A stretch of DNA of 32,000 nucleotides from Opitutia bacterium KCR 482 (GCA_029269845.2 CP149973.1:150001-182000); one strand, 5' to 3'; shown: positions 15,982 to 25,600, counted from the first letter of the stretch. Notes: generated by a model from the letters alone, not told the origin. A program made the numbers and translations.

Positions 15982-16686
15982 ATGAGAAAATTTTTCGAAA
16001 GCAGAAAGGCAAAACTGGTTCTCTTCGGCGCGGCGGCGGTCGCGCTCGTATTCGCGTGGACGCTCTTTCTTTGGCGCGACGAAATCATGGGGGGTGTCGC
16101 CGAACTGGGGGTCTATTTCCGCGACAGTGTGAAGATTCTCGACGGCGTGCCGCTCGCGTTCTACGCGCTTGCGATTTTCGCCCTGCCGCTGTTTTTCCTG
16201 CCCGTAACCCCCGTGTTCGTCGTGGCGGCGGCGCGTCCCGAACCCTACTGGGTTGTGCTGCTGTTCTGCCTTGCGGGAGTTTCGGCAAACGTTGTGGTGT
16301 CGTATTTCATCTCGCGGAAATTCGGGTTGTTTCTCAGGCGGGTGCTCGAAAAGCGCGGCGTGAATATTCCCGAAATCCCGCCCTACGAGCAGTACGAGCT
16401 GACGTTTCTGATGCGCATGATTCCCGGAAATCCTCTGGCGGTGCAAAACTACGTTTTGGGCGCGGCGAACGTTTCGTTTTTCAAGTACGTTGTGGTGTCG
16501 CTGCCGATTCAGTATTTGCAAATTTCGGCGTATGTGTATTTCGGCGAGGGGATTTTCGAGGGCGGAATTTCGAAGATAATTCTGGGGTCGAGCCTGCTGA
16601 TGGTCGTCGCCGTAATCGCCCGAATGCTCGAAAAACGCTACGGGCACAAACTCAAAAAAAATGGAATTTCTAAAACAGAGCGATGA
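15982..16686 (+). CDS. DedA / TVP38-TMEM64 (SNARE-associated, VTT domain) family membrane protein
   Basis: 234 aa, multi-TM. FLPVTPVFVVAA...SYFISRKFG...RMIPGNPLAVQNYVLGAANVSFFKYVVVSL matches the VTT-domain pattern. Confidence 0.8.
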   Translation: MRKFFESRKAKLVLFGAAAVALVFAWTLFLWRDEIMGGVAELGVYFRDSVKILDGVPLAFYALAIFALPLFFLPVTPVFVVAAARPEPYWVVLLFCLAGVSANVVVSYFISRKFGLFLRRVLEKRGVNIPEIPPYEQYELTFLMRMIPGNPLAVQNYVLGAANVSFFKYVVVSLPIQYLQISAYVYFGEGIFEGGISKIILGSSLLMVVAVIARMLEKRYGHKLKKNGISKTER

Positions 16687-17956
16687 AATTTTGAGCGTCG
16701 GCGAATTCTCGCGGCGTTTCAAAATGCTGGTAAAAACGTCGGTTCCCGAACTGTGGCTAAGCGGCGAAATTTCGAACCTCAAAACCTATTCGAGCGGACA
16801 CACATACTTCACGCTCAAAGACGAGGACGCCGCGATTTCGGCGGTGCTCTTCAAGGGCAACGCCCGTGCGGTGTCTTTCCCCCTGCGCGAGGGCATGAAG
16901 ATTTTCGCGTACGGCGAAATCTCGGTCTACGAACAGCGCGGCAACTACCAGCTTATTGTCCGCGCGGCTCTGCCCGACGGCGCGGGAAGCCTCGCCGAAC
17001 GCTTCAACGCGCTCAAACGCAAGCTTGCCGACGAGGGGCTTTTCGACGCGGAGCGCAAAAAACAAATTCCGACGCTTCCCAAAAACGTGGCGGTCATAAC
17101 TTCGCCGACGGGGGCGGCAATCCGCGACTTCTGCCGAATACTTACGCGCCGCGGCTGGCGCGGCAACGTGTGGATTCTGCCGTCGAGGGTTCAGGGGGCG
17201 GAGGCGGCGCGGGAAATAGTTTCGCAAATCGAATACGCGCAGACGCGCGCCGCGCCCGACGGCTCGCCGTTCGACCTCCTTGTGCTCATGCGCGGCGGCG
17301 GAAGTTTGGAGGACCTGTGGCCTTTCAACGAGGAAATCGTCGCCCGCGCCGTCGCGGCATGCCCGATACCCACGATTTCCGCGGTCGGGCACGAGATTGA
17401 CTTCACCCTTTCCGACTTCGCCGCAGACCTCCGCGCCGAAACTCCGAGCGCGGCGGCGGAACACATTTCGAGCGCGTACATCGAGGCGTCTTCGGCATTG
17501 CGCGAGACTTTCGAAAATATCGCAAAACGCGCGCAATTCAGACTGGCCGCGTTGCGCGCGGAGCTCGACGCAAAGGCGGGCGTTTTGCGGGCGAATTCGC
17601 CGACGGAAAAAATCGCAAACTACGCGCTGAGGCTCGACGAAATGTCGGCGCGGCTCGATTTTTCGGCGGCGCAAAGAATCCACGCGCTCCGCTCGGAGCT
17701 TGCCGAAGCCCGCGCCCACTTCGCCTCGGTTGCGCCGCTTCCGCGCTTGGCGGCGATGTCGGACAGGCTTTCGGCGATGTCGAAACAGCTCGAAATTTTG
17801 GGCGTTGAAAACACGCTAAAACGCGGCTTCGCGCTTGCGACCGATTCCGACGGCCGCGCGGTTTCGGCGGCGACGGCAAAAGTCGGCGAAACTCTGGACG
17901 TGCGCTTCTCCGACGGCTCGGTTTCCGCGACGGTCGGAAGCGTGGCGCGGCGTTAG
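16661..17956 (+). CDS. xseA: Exodeoxyribonuclease VII large subunit
   Basis: 431 aa. LSVGEFSRRFKMLVKTSVPELWLSGEISNLKTYSSGHTYFTLKDEDAAISAVLF (OB fold), VAVITSPTGAAIRDF, RGGGSLEDLWPFNEE and SAVGHEIDFTLSDFAAD. Overlaps the preceding gene by 26 nt. No xseB is adjacent. Confidence 0.9.
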   Translation: MEFLKQSDEILSVGEFSRRFKMLVKTSVPELWLSGEISNLKTYSSGHTYFTLKDEDAAISAVLFKGNARAVSFPLREGMKIFAYGEISVYEQRGNYQLIVRAALPDGAGSLAERFNALKRKLADEGLFDAERKKQIPTLPKNVAVITSPTGAAIRDFCRILTRRGWRGNVWILPSRVQGAEAAREIVSQIEYAQTRAAPDGSPFDLLVLMRGGGSLEDLWPFNEEIVARAVAACPIPTISAVGHEIDFTLSDFAADLRAETPSAAAEHISSAYIEASSALRETFENIAKRAQFRLAALRAELDAKAGVLRANSPTEKIANYALRLDEMSARLDFSAAQRIHALRSELAEARAHFASVAPLPRLAAMSDRLSAMSKQLEILGVENTLKRGFALATDSDGRAVSAATAKVGETLDVRFSDGSVSATVGSVARR

Positions 17957-18029
17957 CAAAGCGCGTCCGATTGCGCCGATTTTCCAATTAAGTATTGTAA
18001 AACGAAAACGGAAAACTAATCTTGCCTTT

Positions 18030-18947
18030 ATGAAAAAATCGCTTTTTATTCTGTCGATATCGCTTGCGGCTATGCCCGCATTTGCCGAATCCGCGCTTGA
18101 CTCCGTCGCCTGCATGGGCAGGGTCGCGCCCGCCGAGCGCATTGCAAAGCTCACTGCGGCGTCGCCGACGGGCGCGCAGCCCGTTGTCAAAACGCTCTTC
18201 GTGAAAAAGGGAGACTTTGTCGAAAGCGGCGCGAAGGTCGCCGAAATGGCGGGGATTGACAAGGCGAAGGCGTCGCTCGAACGCGCCGAAGCCGTGCTCG
18301 CGGCGGTGAAGAGCGCGTCGGCAATCCGCGTGCAGCAGCAGAAAAATCTTGTGGACGACCTCGGCGGCTCGTTCGCGCAAAACAAAAAAATTCTCGACGA
18401 AAAAGACCCGCCGCGCCGCGAGCGCGAGGAAATCGAGTACGAGCAGGAGTCGCTTGCCCGCAAAATCGGACAGGCAAAAGGCATGCTCGCGCTTGTCGAG
18501 GCCAACGAAAAGAACGTCGTTGCGGAAGCCGAAAAAGTCGTCGCCGAGTCTCGCCGCCATTTCGAAGAATTCACACTGCGCGCGCCCGTTTCGGGCGAAA
18601 TCGTCGAACTCAACTGCGAGCGCGGAGAGGCGGTCGGCGCGGAGGGCGTCTGCGAACTCGCAAACACCCGCGAGATGTTCGTAAACGCCGAAGTCTACGT
18701 TGCCGACATCGCGAAAATCAAGGTCGGCGACAGGGCGGAAATCACCGCCGACGCGCTCGGCAAAAAGGTTTTCGGCGGGGCGGTCGTGCAGATTTCGGGC
18801 TATGTGAAGTCGAACAGGCTGTTCAGCACCGACCCAAGCGAGTACTCCAACACCCGCGTGATTGTCGCAAAAATCAAGCTCGACGACGCTTCGAGCTTCA
18901 AAAACCTCATCGGCTCGCAGGTAAACGTGCGCATCCTTTTGAAGTAG
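18030..18947 (+). CDS. HlyD-type membrane fusion protein, DevB family (ABC exporter adaptor)
   Basis: Start at MKKSLFILSISLAAMPAFA (signal peptide or anchor). Central coiled coil. TLRAPVSGEIVELNCERGEAVG...MFVNAEVYVADIAKIKVGDRAEITADAL...NTRVIVAKIKLDD follows the DevB family pattern. Confidence 0.8.
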   Translation: MKKSLFILSISLAAMPAFAESALDSVACMGRVAPAERIAKLTAASPTGAQPVVKTLFVKKGDFVESGAKVAEMAGIDKAKASLERAEAVLAAVKSASAIRVQQQKNLVDDLGGSFAQNKKILDEKDPPRREREEIEYEQESLARKIGQAKGMLALVEANEKNVVAEAEKVVAESRRHFEEFTLRAPVSGEIVELNCERGEAVGAEGVCELANTREMFVNAEVYVADIAKIKVGDRAEITADALGKKVFGGAVVQISGYVKSNRLFSTDPSEYSNTRVIVAKIKLDDASSFKNLIGSQVNVRILLK

Positions 18948-18951
18948 CAAA

Positions 18952-20139
18952 GTGGCGCGGAACAAAAAAAGTCTTTTCGAGAAAATCGTGCCGCTCGGCA
19001 TTCCGCTTGCGTGGCTACAACTGGCGTCCGAAAGCAAGCGGTTTGCGGTGGCGCTTGCGGGCATCACGTTCGCGGTGGCGATGATGCTCTTCCAAATGGG
19101 GCTTCAAACCGCGCTCTACAAACAGGTTGTCGGCCCGCTCCTGCTGCTCGACGGGCAGGTTATGATTGTAGGCTCGCACTACGAATATTTCGGGGTGGGG
19201 CGCGGCTTTGCAAACGTAAGGCTGCATCAGGCTCTCGCGAACCCCGACGTTGTTGAGGCGAATTCGATAAAGCTCGGCTGCGCGTCCTTCAAGAGCGTAG
19301 GCGACGGCCGCGAGCGCGACATCTTCCTTATCGCCTTCGATCCGTCCCGAAAGGTCTTTTTATCAAAAGATATTTGCGAACAGCAAAATTTATTAAAAAA
19401 CCACGGAACGGTTCTGTTCGACTCGCTCTCGCGCTCGCAGTACGGCGACGTCGGCAGGCTGTTCGAAAGCGGCGGAAAAGTCCGCACGGAAATCGCGGGC
19501 GAAAAGTCGGACATTGTGGGGCTTATCGAAATAGGGCCTACGTTTGCCGCCGACGGCAACGTGCTTATGAGCCTTGCCACGCTCGAAAAATTCTGGCACT
19601 CTCCGTCGGGCGTAAGCGATGTGGGTGTCCTGAAACTGCGCGAGGGGGCGAACCCCGACGAGGTTGCGGAGTCGCTGAAAAAGATTTTTCCGCAAAACGT
19701 GAAGGTGATGACAAAAGACGAGTTTGTAAAGTCGGAAAAGGCGTACTGGGGCAAGCGCACGCCCATCGGCTTCGTAATCGGCGCGTCGATGGCGGTTGCG
19801 ATTTTCGTCGGAGCGGTTATCGTCTACCAGATTTTGTACACCGACGTTTCCGACCACATTCCCGAATACGCTACATTGAAAGCAATCGGATTTGCCGACT
19901 CTTTCTTTGTGGGGATAATTGTGCAGGAGTCTTTCATTCTGTCGTTCTTGGGCTTTATCCCCGGGGCGTTGCTCGCCGAGCTTCTCTACATTATGACGCG
20001 CGAGATTGCGGGAATGCCGACGTACATGTCGCTCGACAGCCTGCTTATCGTCTTCGGTCTGTCGCTTTCGATGTGCGTTTTTGCGGGGCTTTTGGCGACG
20101 CGCAAGCTCCGCAAGGCGAACCCCGCCGACATCTTCTAA
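18952..20139 (+). CDS. ABC exporter permease, DevC family (FtsX-like)
   Basis: 395 aa, GTG start 4 nt after devB. IPLAWLQLASESKRFAVALAGITFAVAMMLFQMGLQTAL is the DevC N-terminal signature. C-terminal FtsX-type helices follow. Confidence 0.8.
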   Translation: MARNKKSLFEKIVPLGIPLAWLQLASESKRFAVALAGITFAVAMMLFQMGLQTALYKQVVGPLLLLDGQVMIVGSHYEYFGVGRGFANVRLHQALANPDVVEANSIKLGCASFKSVGDGRERDIFLIAFDPSRKVFLSKDICEQQNLLKNHGTVLFDSLSRSQYGDVGRLFESGGKVRTEIAGEKSDIVGLIEIGPTFAADGNVLMSLATLEKFWHSPSGVSDVGVLKLREGANPDEVAESLKKIFPQNVKVMTKDEFVKSEKAYWGKRTPIGFVIGASMAVAIFVGAVIVYQILYTDVSDHIPEYATLKAIGFADSFFVGIIVQESFILSFLGFIPGALLAELLYIMTREIAGMPTYMSLDSLLIVFGLSLSMCVFAGLLATRKLRKANPADIF

Positions 20140-20171
20140 GCAAGCCGCCGAAGCGCGTCTGCATGGGCAAG

Positions 20172-20205
20172 AAAAAAGCCGGCCTTCGTTAAGGTCGGCT
20201 TTTCT
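20172..20205. terminator. Bidirectional intrinsic terminator between convergent devC-like gene and aroK
   Basis: AAAGCCGGCCTT (20175-20186) / AAGGTCGGCTTT (20191-20202) form a 12-bp stem (one G.U) with loop CGTT. An A-run lies upstream and TTTTCTTTATTT downstream, so both strands see a U-tract. Confidence 0.7.
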
Positions 20206-20769
20206 TTATTTGGCGTTTCGTTTTTTTGCGAGCTTTCTGCGCTTTGCCGCGTAGATGCGGAAGATTCTGTCTTCCGAAACTTTGAGGTTGGGGTCTGCGG
20301 CAATCGCCACGCCGCTTCGCATGTAATAGGGCGTGCGTTCGGCAAGCAGGGATTTTATCTTTTCGAGCCTGTTGTCAACGTTCAGAAGAGGGCGTTTGTC
20401 GTTGCCCGAAACGCGGGCCAAAATTTCGTCGGGCGAGCTGAACAAAACCACGCTTACGCCTTTCGATTTCACAAGTTCGGGCATGTCGCCGCGGCAGCAA
20501 AGCCCGCCGCCGCACGCCACCACGCAGCCGTGGTCGGGGTGTCCGCTTTCGATGAATTCGCGTTCGAGCTTTCTGAAATATTCCTCGCCGTATTTTGCGA
20601 AGATGTCTTTTGTCTCCATTCCGCACTTGCTCTCGATTTCGGCGTCGGAGTCTATAAAGCGGAAGCCGAGCCGTTTTGCGAGCCTTTTGCCGAGCGCACT
20701 TTTGCCCGTGCCCATAAATCCGAGGAGATACAGGTTGGGCGAAAATTTTTTGTCGGAGCTTTGCGGCAT
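20206..20769 (-). CDS. aroK: Shikimate kinase
   Basis: 187 aa. LYLLGFMGTGKSALGKRLAKRLGFRFIDSDAEIE (P-loop plus DSD) and VVACGGG. Confidence 0.9.
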   Translation of the reverse strand: MPQSSDKKFSPNLYLLGFMGTGKSALGKRLAKRLGFRFIDSDAEIESKCGMETKDIFAKYGEEYFRKLEREFIESGHPDHGCVVACGGGLCCRGDMPELVKSKGVSVVLFSSPDEILARVSGNDKRPLLNVDNRLEKIKSLLAERTPYYMRSGVAIAADPNLKVSEDRIFRIYAAKRRKLAKKRNAK

Positions 20770-20848
20770 GGTATTTTCAATATTTCACATACCGCTTTTA
20801 TTGCAAGCCGAAAACGCGCCCGCCGCCTCCTAAAATTCCGACAAGCGC

Positions 20849-20900
20849 AAAAAAAAAGACGGCGCAATGCCGTCTTTTTTTTGCGGAGACGAATCTCCGC
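20849..20900 (-). terminator. Tandem hairpins terminating gap: a UUCG-tetraloop hairpin plus a classic intrinsic terminator
   Basis: On the minus strand after the gap stop: GCGGAGA-UUCG-UCUCCGC (20883-20900), then GACGGC-AUUGC-GCCGUC (20858-20874) followed by U9. It separates gap from aroK. Confidence 0.7.
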
Positions 20901-20915
20901 GTTCGAATGCCGCAA

Positions 20916-21986
<1,071 letters not shown>

Positions 21987-22105
21987 CTCTTTTTTTCGAT
22001 TTTTTCTTCTCCCGTCGGAAACGGCGGGCGGGCGCAAAAAATTCTCGACTATTCCGCGGACTTCCGTTTATTTATCTGCGCAAATACCAACACACATATC
22101 TGTAT

Positions 22106-24211
22106 ATGAGAAAAAAACTGGCATTTTTTGCGGGACTTGCGCTTGCGGCTTCCGCGCTTTGGGCGAACGTGAGGCTCGAAAACGGCAAGCTCGCCGTCGA
22201 GTTCGACGACTTGGGCAATCTTGCATTGCTCAAAAACAAAATTTCGGGCGAAAACTATGCGGGCGGGCAGGGGCTTTGGCGCATAATCTACACGCAGAAC
22301 GAGCTTCTCGAAGAGCCCGTCGAGTCGGAGAGCGTCCCCGTGAGGGTTGAAAAAAAGTCCGACACGCTCGCGACGCTTTCGTTCGGCGGAGAATTTCCCG
22401 TGGAGGTCGCGTGCCGCTTGGAGGCCGAGGAAGTCCGCTTTTCGGCGAAAATTTCGAACAACTCGAAAGACAAAATCCTGCGCGAATTCCAGTTCCCGAT
22501 GATTAAAAACGCGGGCATCGACAAATCGGCAAGCCTCGTGAATTCGGGCGGCGGCGGCGCGCTTGTACCCGACTTTTACAAGCATGTGGAGCGCGCCGAA
22601 ACCCAGTACAAATCGCAGGACAACATCGCCGTCGAGCACTACGTCCCGTACCCGATGTCCCGCACGATGAACATGTTTGTAATTCAAAACCCAAAAGGCT
22701 CGCTCTACTTCGCCTCGATAGACCCGAATTTCGAGCTTACCCTGCATTTGGCAAGATACCGCAAGGAAAACGGCAAATTCAAGTTTCTCGACGTCGCCAT
22801 GGTGAAGTACCCGTTCATAAAACCGGGGGAATCGTACGCAACCGCGGAGTTTGCCGTCGCCCCGACCGTCGGCGATTGGCGCGAGGGGGCGCGTCTGTAC
22901 GCCCGCGCGTGCGAAAGCTTCTTCAAAATTCCCGAGCGTCCCAAATTCATAGAAAATATGAACGGCTGGCAGCGGATAATTATGCGCCACCAATACGGGC
23001 GCGTGTTCTTTCCGTATGCGAAGCTCGACTCCGAAATCGGCACGGCTGGCTTCGAATGCGGACTTGACACCATTCTGCTTTTCGGCTGGTGGAAAGAGGG
23101 CATGGACGCCGGCTATCCCGACTATTCCCCCGAAACGGAGCAGGGCGGCGACGCCGTTTTGCGCGAAAACATCAGGAAATACCAAGCCCGCGGCGGAAAA
23201 GTGCTGCTCTATTTCAACGGACAGCTCATCGACGTTTCGACCGACTACTACAAGAGCGGCCGCGGAGAAAAAGTCTGCGTAAAAACTCCGAGCGGGCTGC
23301 CGCACATCGAACGCTATCCCTTTGGCGGCGACGGCACGGGACTCCGTGTGCTCGGGCACAAGACCTTTGTGACGGCGTGCCACGGAACCGACGAATGGGA
23401 GCGCGTGCTCAAAGGATATGTGGACCGCGCGGTGTCGCTGGGTGTCGACGGAATATTTTTCGACCAGCTCGGAAGCGGCAGCCAAATATGCTGGGACGCT
23501 TCGCACAAGCACAAAGTGCCGTGCACCGACATGATGAGGCACAAGTCGGAAATGCTCGGAAAAATCCGCGCATACATAAAGTCGAAAAAACCCGATTTGG
23601 CGTTCGGCACGGAGTATGTGGGCGACGCAACCTCGCGGCACATCGATTTTGCGCATTCGTGCGGCATGGACTATTCCGCCGCGAAAAAGCGCCCCGACGG
23701 CAAGCCGCTTATGCGCTACGTTCCCCTTTTCAAATACGCTTTCCCGAAGGTGATTTTTTCGGACCGCACAATCCGCGACGACTCCGACATCGAACGCCGC
23801 GTGAATCTCTGCCTGATGTGGGGCTGGACGAGCGACGTCGAAATCTACCGCTGCCGCGCGACGATAGACGAAACCCCGCGCTACAAGGCGTATCTTTCCG
23901 CCGCAAACGCCCTGCGCGGCAAATACCGCAGTCTCATTCTCAACGGGACATACCGCGACCGCGACTTGGCGGAAGTCTCCGACGACAGGCTCGACTACAC
24001 CACATTCGAAAACGATTCGCAAATCGCTGTGTTCGTCGCCAATTTGTGGCTCGACAAACCCGTGTCGGCAAAGGTCTCCGTGGACGGCGCGACGTTTGCG
24101 AAATCCGAAACTTTGGGAAAGGCCGAAGCTTCGGGCGGGGGAGGCAACGCGGAAGTTTCGCTCGGCAAAAACGGCATGGCTCTTTTGATATTCGATAAAA
24201 ACAAAAAATAG
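22106..24211 (+). CDS. Secreted 701-aa protein of unknown family; possibly a glycoside-hydrolase-like protein (N-terminal beta-rich region plus central barrel-like region)
   Basis: Start chosen at MRKKLAFFAGLALAASALWA (signal peptide); the track ORF start at 21947 would run through the gap promoter. Central segments GLDTILLFGWWKEGMDAGYPDYSPE...GGKVLLYFNGQ...VDGIFFDQLG resemble strand-end motifs of carbohydrate-active TIM barrels. I cannot name a family. Confidence 0.75.
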   Translation: MRKKLAFFAGLALAASALWANVRLENGKLAVEFDDLGNLALLKNKISGENYAGGQGLWRIIYTQNELLEEPVESESVPVRVEKKSDTLATLSFGGEFPVEVACRLEAEEVRFSAKISNNSKDKILREFQFPMIKNAGIDKSASLVNSGGGGALVPDFYKHVERAETQYKSQDNIAVEHYVPYPMSRTMNMFVIQNPKGSLYFASIDPNFELTLHLARYRKENGKFKFLDVAMVKYPFIKPGESYATAEFAVAPTVGDWREGARLYARACESFFKIPERPKFIENMNGWQRIIMRHQYGRVFFPYAKLDSEIGTAGFECGLDTILLFGWWKEGMDAGYPDYSPETEQGGDAVLRENIRKYQARGGKVLLYFNGQLIDVSTDYYKSGRGEKVCVKTPSGLPHIERYPFGGDGTGLRVLGHKTFVTACHGTDEWERVLKGYVDRAVSLGVDGIFFDQLGSGSQICWDASHKHKVPCTDMMRHKSEMLGKIRAYIKSKKPDLAFGTEYVGDATSRHIDFAHSCGMDYSAAKKRPDGKPLMRYVPLFKYAFPKVIFSDRTIRDDSDIERRVNLCLMWGWTSDVEIYRCRATIDETPRYKAYLSAANALRGKYRSLILNGTYRDRDLAEVSDDRLDYTTFENDSQIAVFVANLWLDKPVSAKVSVDGATFAKSETLGKAEASGGGGNAEVSLGKNGMALLIFDKNKK

Positions 24212-24222
24212 CGCAAAATATC

Positions 24223-25254
24223 ATGAAAAAACTTACGGTCCTTCTTTTCTGTGCTTTCGCCTCCCTTGCCGCGTCGGGCGCGAATCTTGCGGATTTTCCG
24301 CGCCTCGACGGCGAAACTTCCGACTCGCCGCGCCTTGCCCGCGCCGTCGCGAGCGTGCCGCTCGGCGTGCTCGACATTCCCGAAGGCAGGTACGAGATTG
24401 ACTCCACCCTAAACGTCGCAAACGGCGCGTCGCTCCGCATGGAAATTACCGCGAAGTTCGTCGCCGTAAAGCCCATGGAGTTCATGCTCTACTACGACGC
24501 CGCAAGTGCTTCGAAAAGCCGCCGCAACAACGCTTTCATTTCGGGCGGGGAATTCGACGCAAACGGGCTTGCCGACGGCTGCGTGAAAATCGTAAACTTC
24601 CAGCATTTCACCTTTCGGGACACGCTTTTCCGCAACCCCAAAAAGGCGGGGCTTACCGTGGGCGATGCCGAAAAGCGCGGCGGCTACGAGCTTGTAGCAA
24701 ACAACCTGTACTTCCGCAACACAATGCGCGGTCTTGCGGGGAACGCAGGCATGCAAATTTACAGCGGCGACTGCCATTTTACCGACTGCATTATTGTAGA
24801 CTACACAATAGGAATCGACCAGCGGCGCGGAGGCTCGAACCGCTACACGCGCTGCCACGTTTGGGGCGGGCCGATACCTCCCGCAAAAAAGGGCGGGCTG
24901 CCCGAAATGCTTGCCGATTCAATCTGCTTCAAGCTCTCAGGCGGCGACACGCTTTTGCGCGACTGCTACGCCGACACGGGGCTTATCGGCTTTCTTGTCG
25001 AGGCGAATACGCGCCTTTTGGGGTGCTCGTATTTCAACAACTACAAGACTTTTAAAATGGACAACCCCGTAGCCATTGTGCACAGGCGCGGAACGCTCAT
25101 AGTATCCGACGGGTATTTTACGAAAACGTCGCCGAACGCGCGCCTGTACAAAGAGGAGTTCGAGCGGAAAGGCTCCGGAAAGCTCGTCTGGCGCGACAAC
25201 TTTATAAACAGATTCAATTCCGAAGATTTGCACCTGCCAAGCTCCGTAAAATAG
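24223..25254 (+). CDS. Secreted right-handed parallel beta-helix (pectate-lyase superfamily) protein
   Basis: 343 aa with signal peptide MKKLTVLLFCAFASLAASGA. Repeated beta-helix-like turns (ISGGEFDANG.., FRDTLFRNP.., NLYFRNT.., HFTDCIIVD.., YTRCHVWGG.., LLRDCYADTG..). Starts 11 nt after the preceding gene. Confidence 0.75.
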   Translation: MKKLTVLLFCAFASLAASGANLADFPRLDGETSDSPRLARAVASVPLGVLDIPEGRYEIDSTLNVANGASLRMEITAKFVAVKPMEFMLYYDAASASKSRRNNAFISGGEFDANGLADGCVKIVNFQHFTFRDTLFRNPKKAGLTVGDAEKRGGYELVANNLYFRNTMRGLAGNAGMQIYSGDCHFTDCIIVDYTIGIDQRRGGSNRYTRCHVWGGPIPPAKKGGLPEMLADSICFKLSGGDTLLRDCYADTGLIGFLVEANTRLLGCSYFNNYKTFKMDNPVAIVHRRGTLIVSDGYFTKTSPNARLYKEEFERKGSGKLVWRDNFINRFNSEDLHLPSSVK

Positions 25255-25282
25255 GCGTCGGACGGTCGAACTTGGGCAAAAC

Positions 25283-25312
25283 AAAATGCGCTTCGTTTGA
25301 AGCGCATTTTTT
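25283..25312 (+). terminator. Intrinsic terminator of the two-gene secreted-protein operon
   Basis: AATGCGCTTC-GTTT-GAAGCGCATT forms a 10-bp stem (25285-25308) followed by TTTTTT. Confidence 0.7.
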
Positions 25313-25363
25313 GTAGTAGGATTTCCCCGCGTTCCTGATTTCGACGCGTGCAAAGCCCAACGC

Positions 25364-25386
25364 ATAAAAAAGGGGAAACCCCCGCC
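25364..25386 (-). terminator. Intrinsic terminator on the minus strand with no upstream CDS
   Basis: The minus strand reads GGCGGGGG-UUU-CCCC-UUUUUUAU (rc of 25364-25386). The U-tract is present only on the minus strand. Confidence 0.65.
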
Positions 25387-25566
25387 GATGCCGCCTTGCC
25401 AGTTAGGTTAACGCAACCTCTTTTTAACGAGGTGGGTGCGGCCGGCGCGACTTTTGCCTTCCGTTCCGGACGGCTTGACAGCCACCGCGCGCGGCATGCT
25501 CCCTGAATTGATGTCATTAAGGATGGGAACCGAGTCGGCAGTATCGAACAACGCAGAGGTTTCTTA
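25364..25566 (-). ncRNA. Candidate ~200-nt structured small RNA of unassigned family
   Basis: Bounded by the promoter at 25572-25600 and the terminator at 25364-25386. No plausible ORF. Several helices can be drawn by hand (see finding). I found no match to the tRNA-like, RNase P, SRP or tmRNA core motifs that I know. Confidence 0.45.
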
Positions 25567-25571
25567 TTTTT

Positions 25572-25600
25572 CTTATCTCAAAACCGCGTCGGATTTTCAA
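25572..25600 (-). promoter_or_regulatory. Sigma70-like promoter: TTGAAA - 17 nt - GATAAG
   Basis: On the minus strand, TTGAAA (rc of 25595-25600) and GATAAG (rc of 25572-25577). Same architecture as the tRNA and gap promoters in this window. Confidence 0.45.

Noticed and set aside
25041-25517. 158-aa minus-strand ORF starting inside the candidate sRNA
   Set aside because: It has no SD, reads through the minus-strand terminator and into the convergent beta-helix gene in antisense, and has a non-protein-like composition.
25364-25566. Identification of the orphan RNA as a cobalamin or glycine riboswitch, SRP RNA, RNase P RNA or tmRNA
   Set aside because: Short resemblances exist (CGGAAGGCAAAAG versus GGGAAGGC or GGCAAAAGGAC; AGUCGCGCCGGCC versus the B12 box). 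However, the other obligatory core elements are missing, and no gene lies downstream on that strand for a riboswitch to control. SRP (GGAA tetraloop with AGCA), RNase P (GAGGAAAGUCC) and tmRNA (tRNA-like 3' end) signatures are absent.
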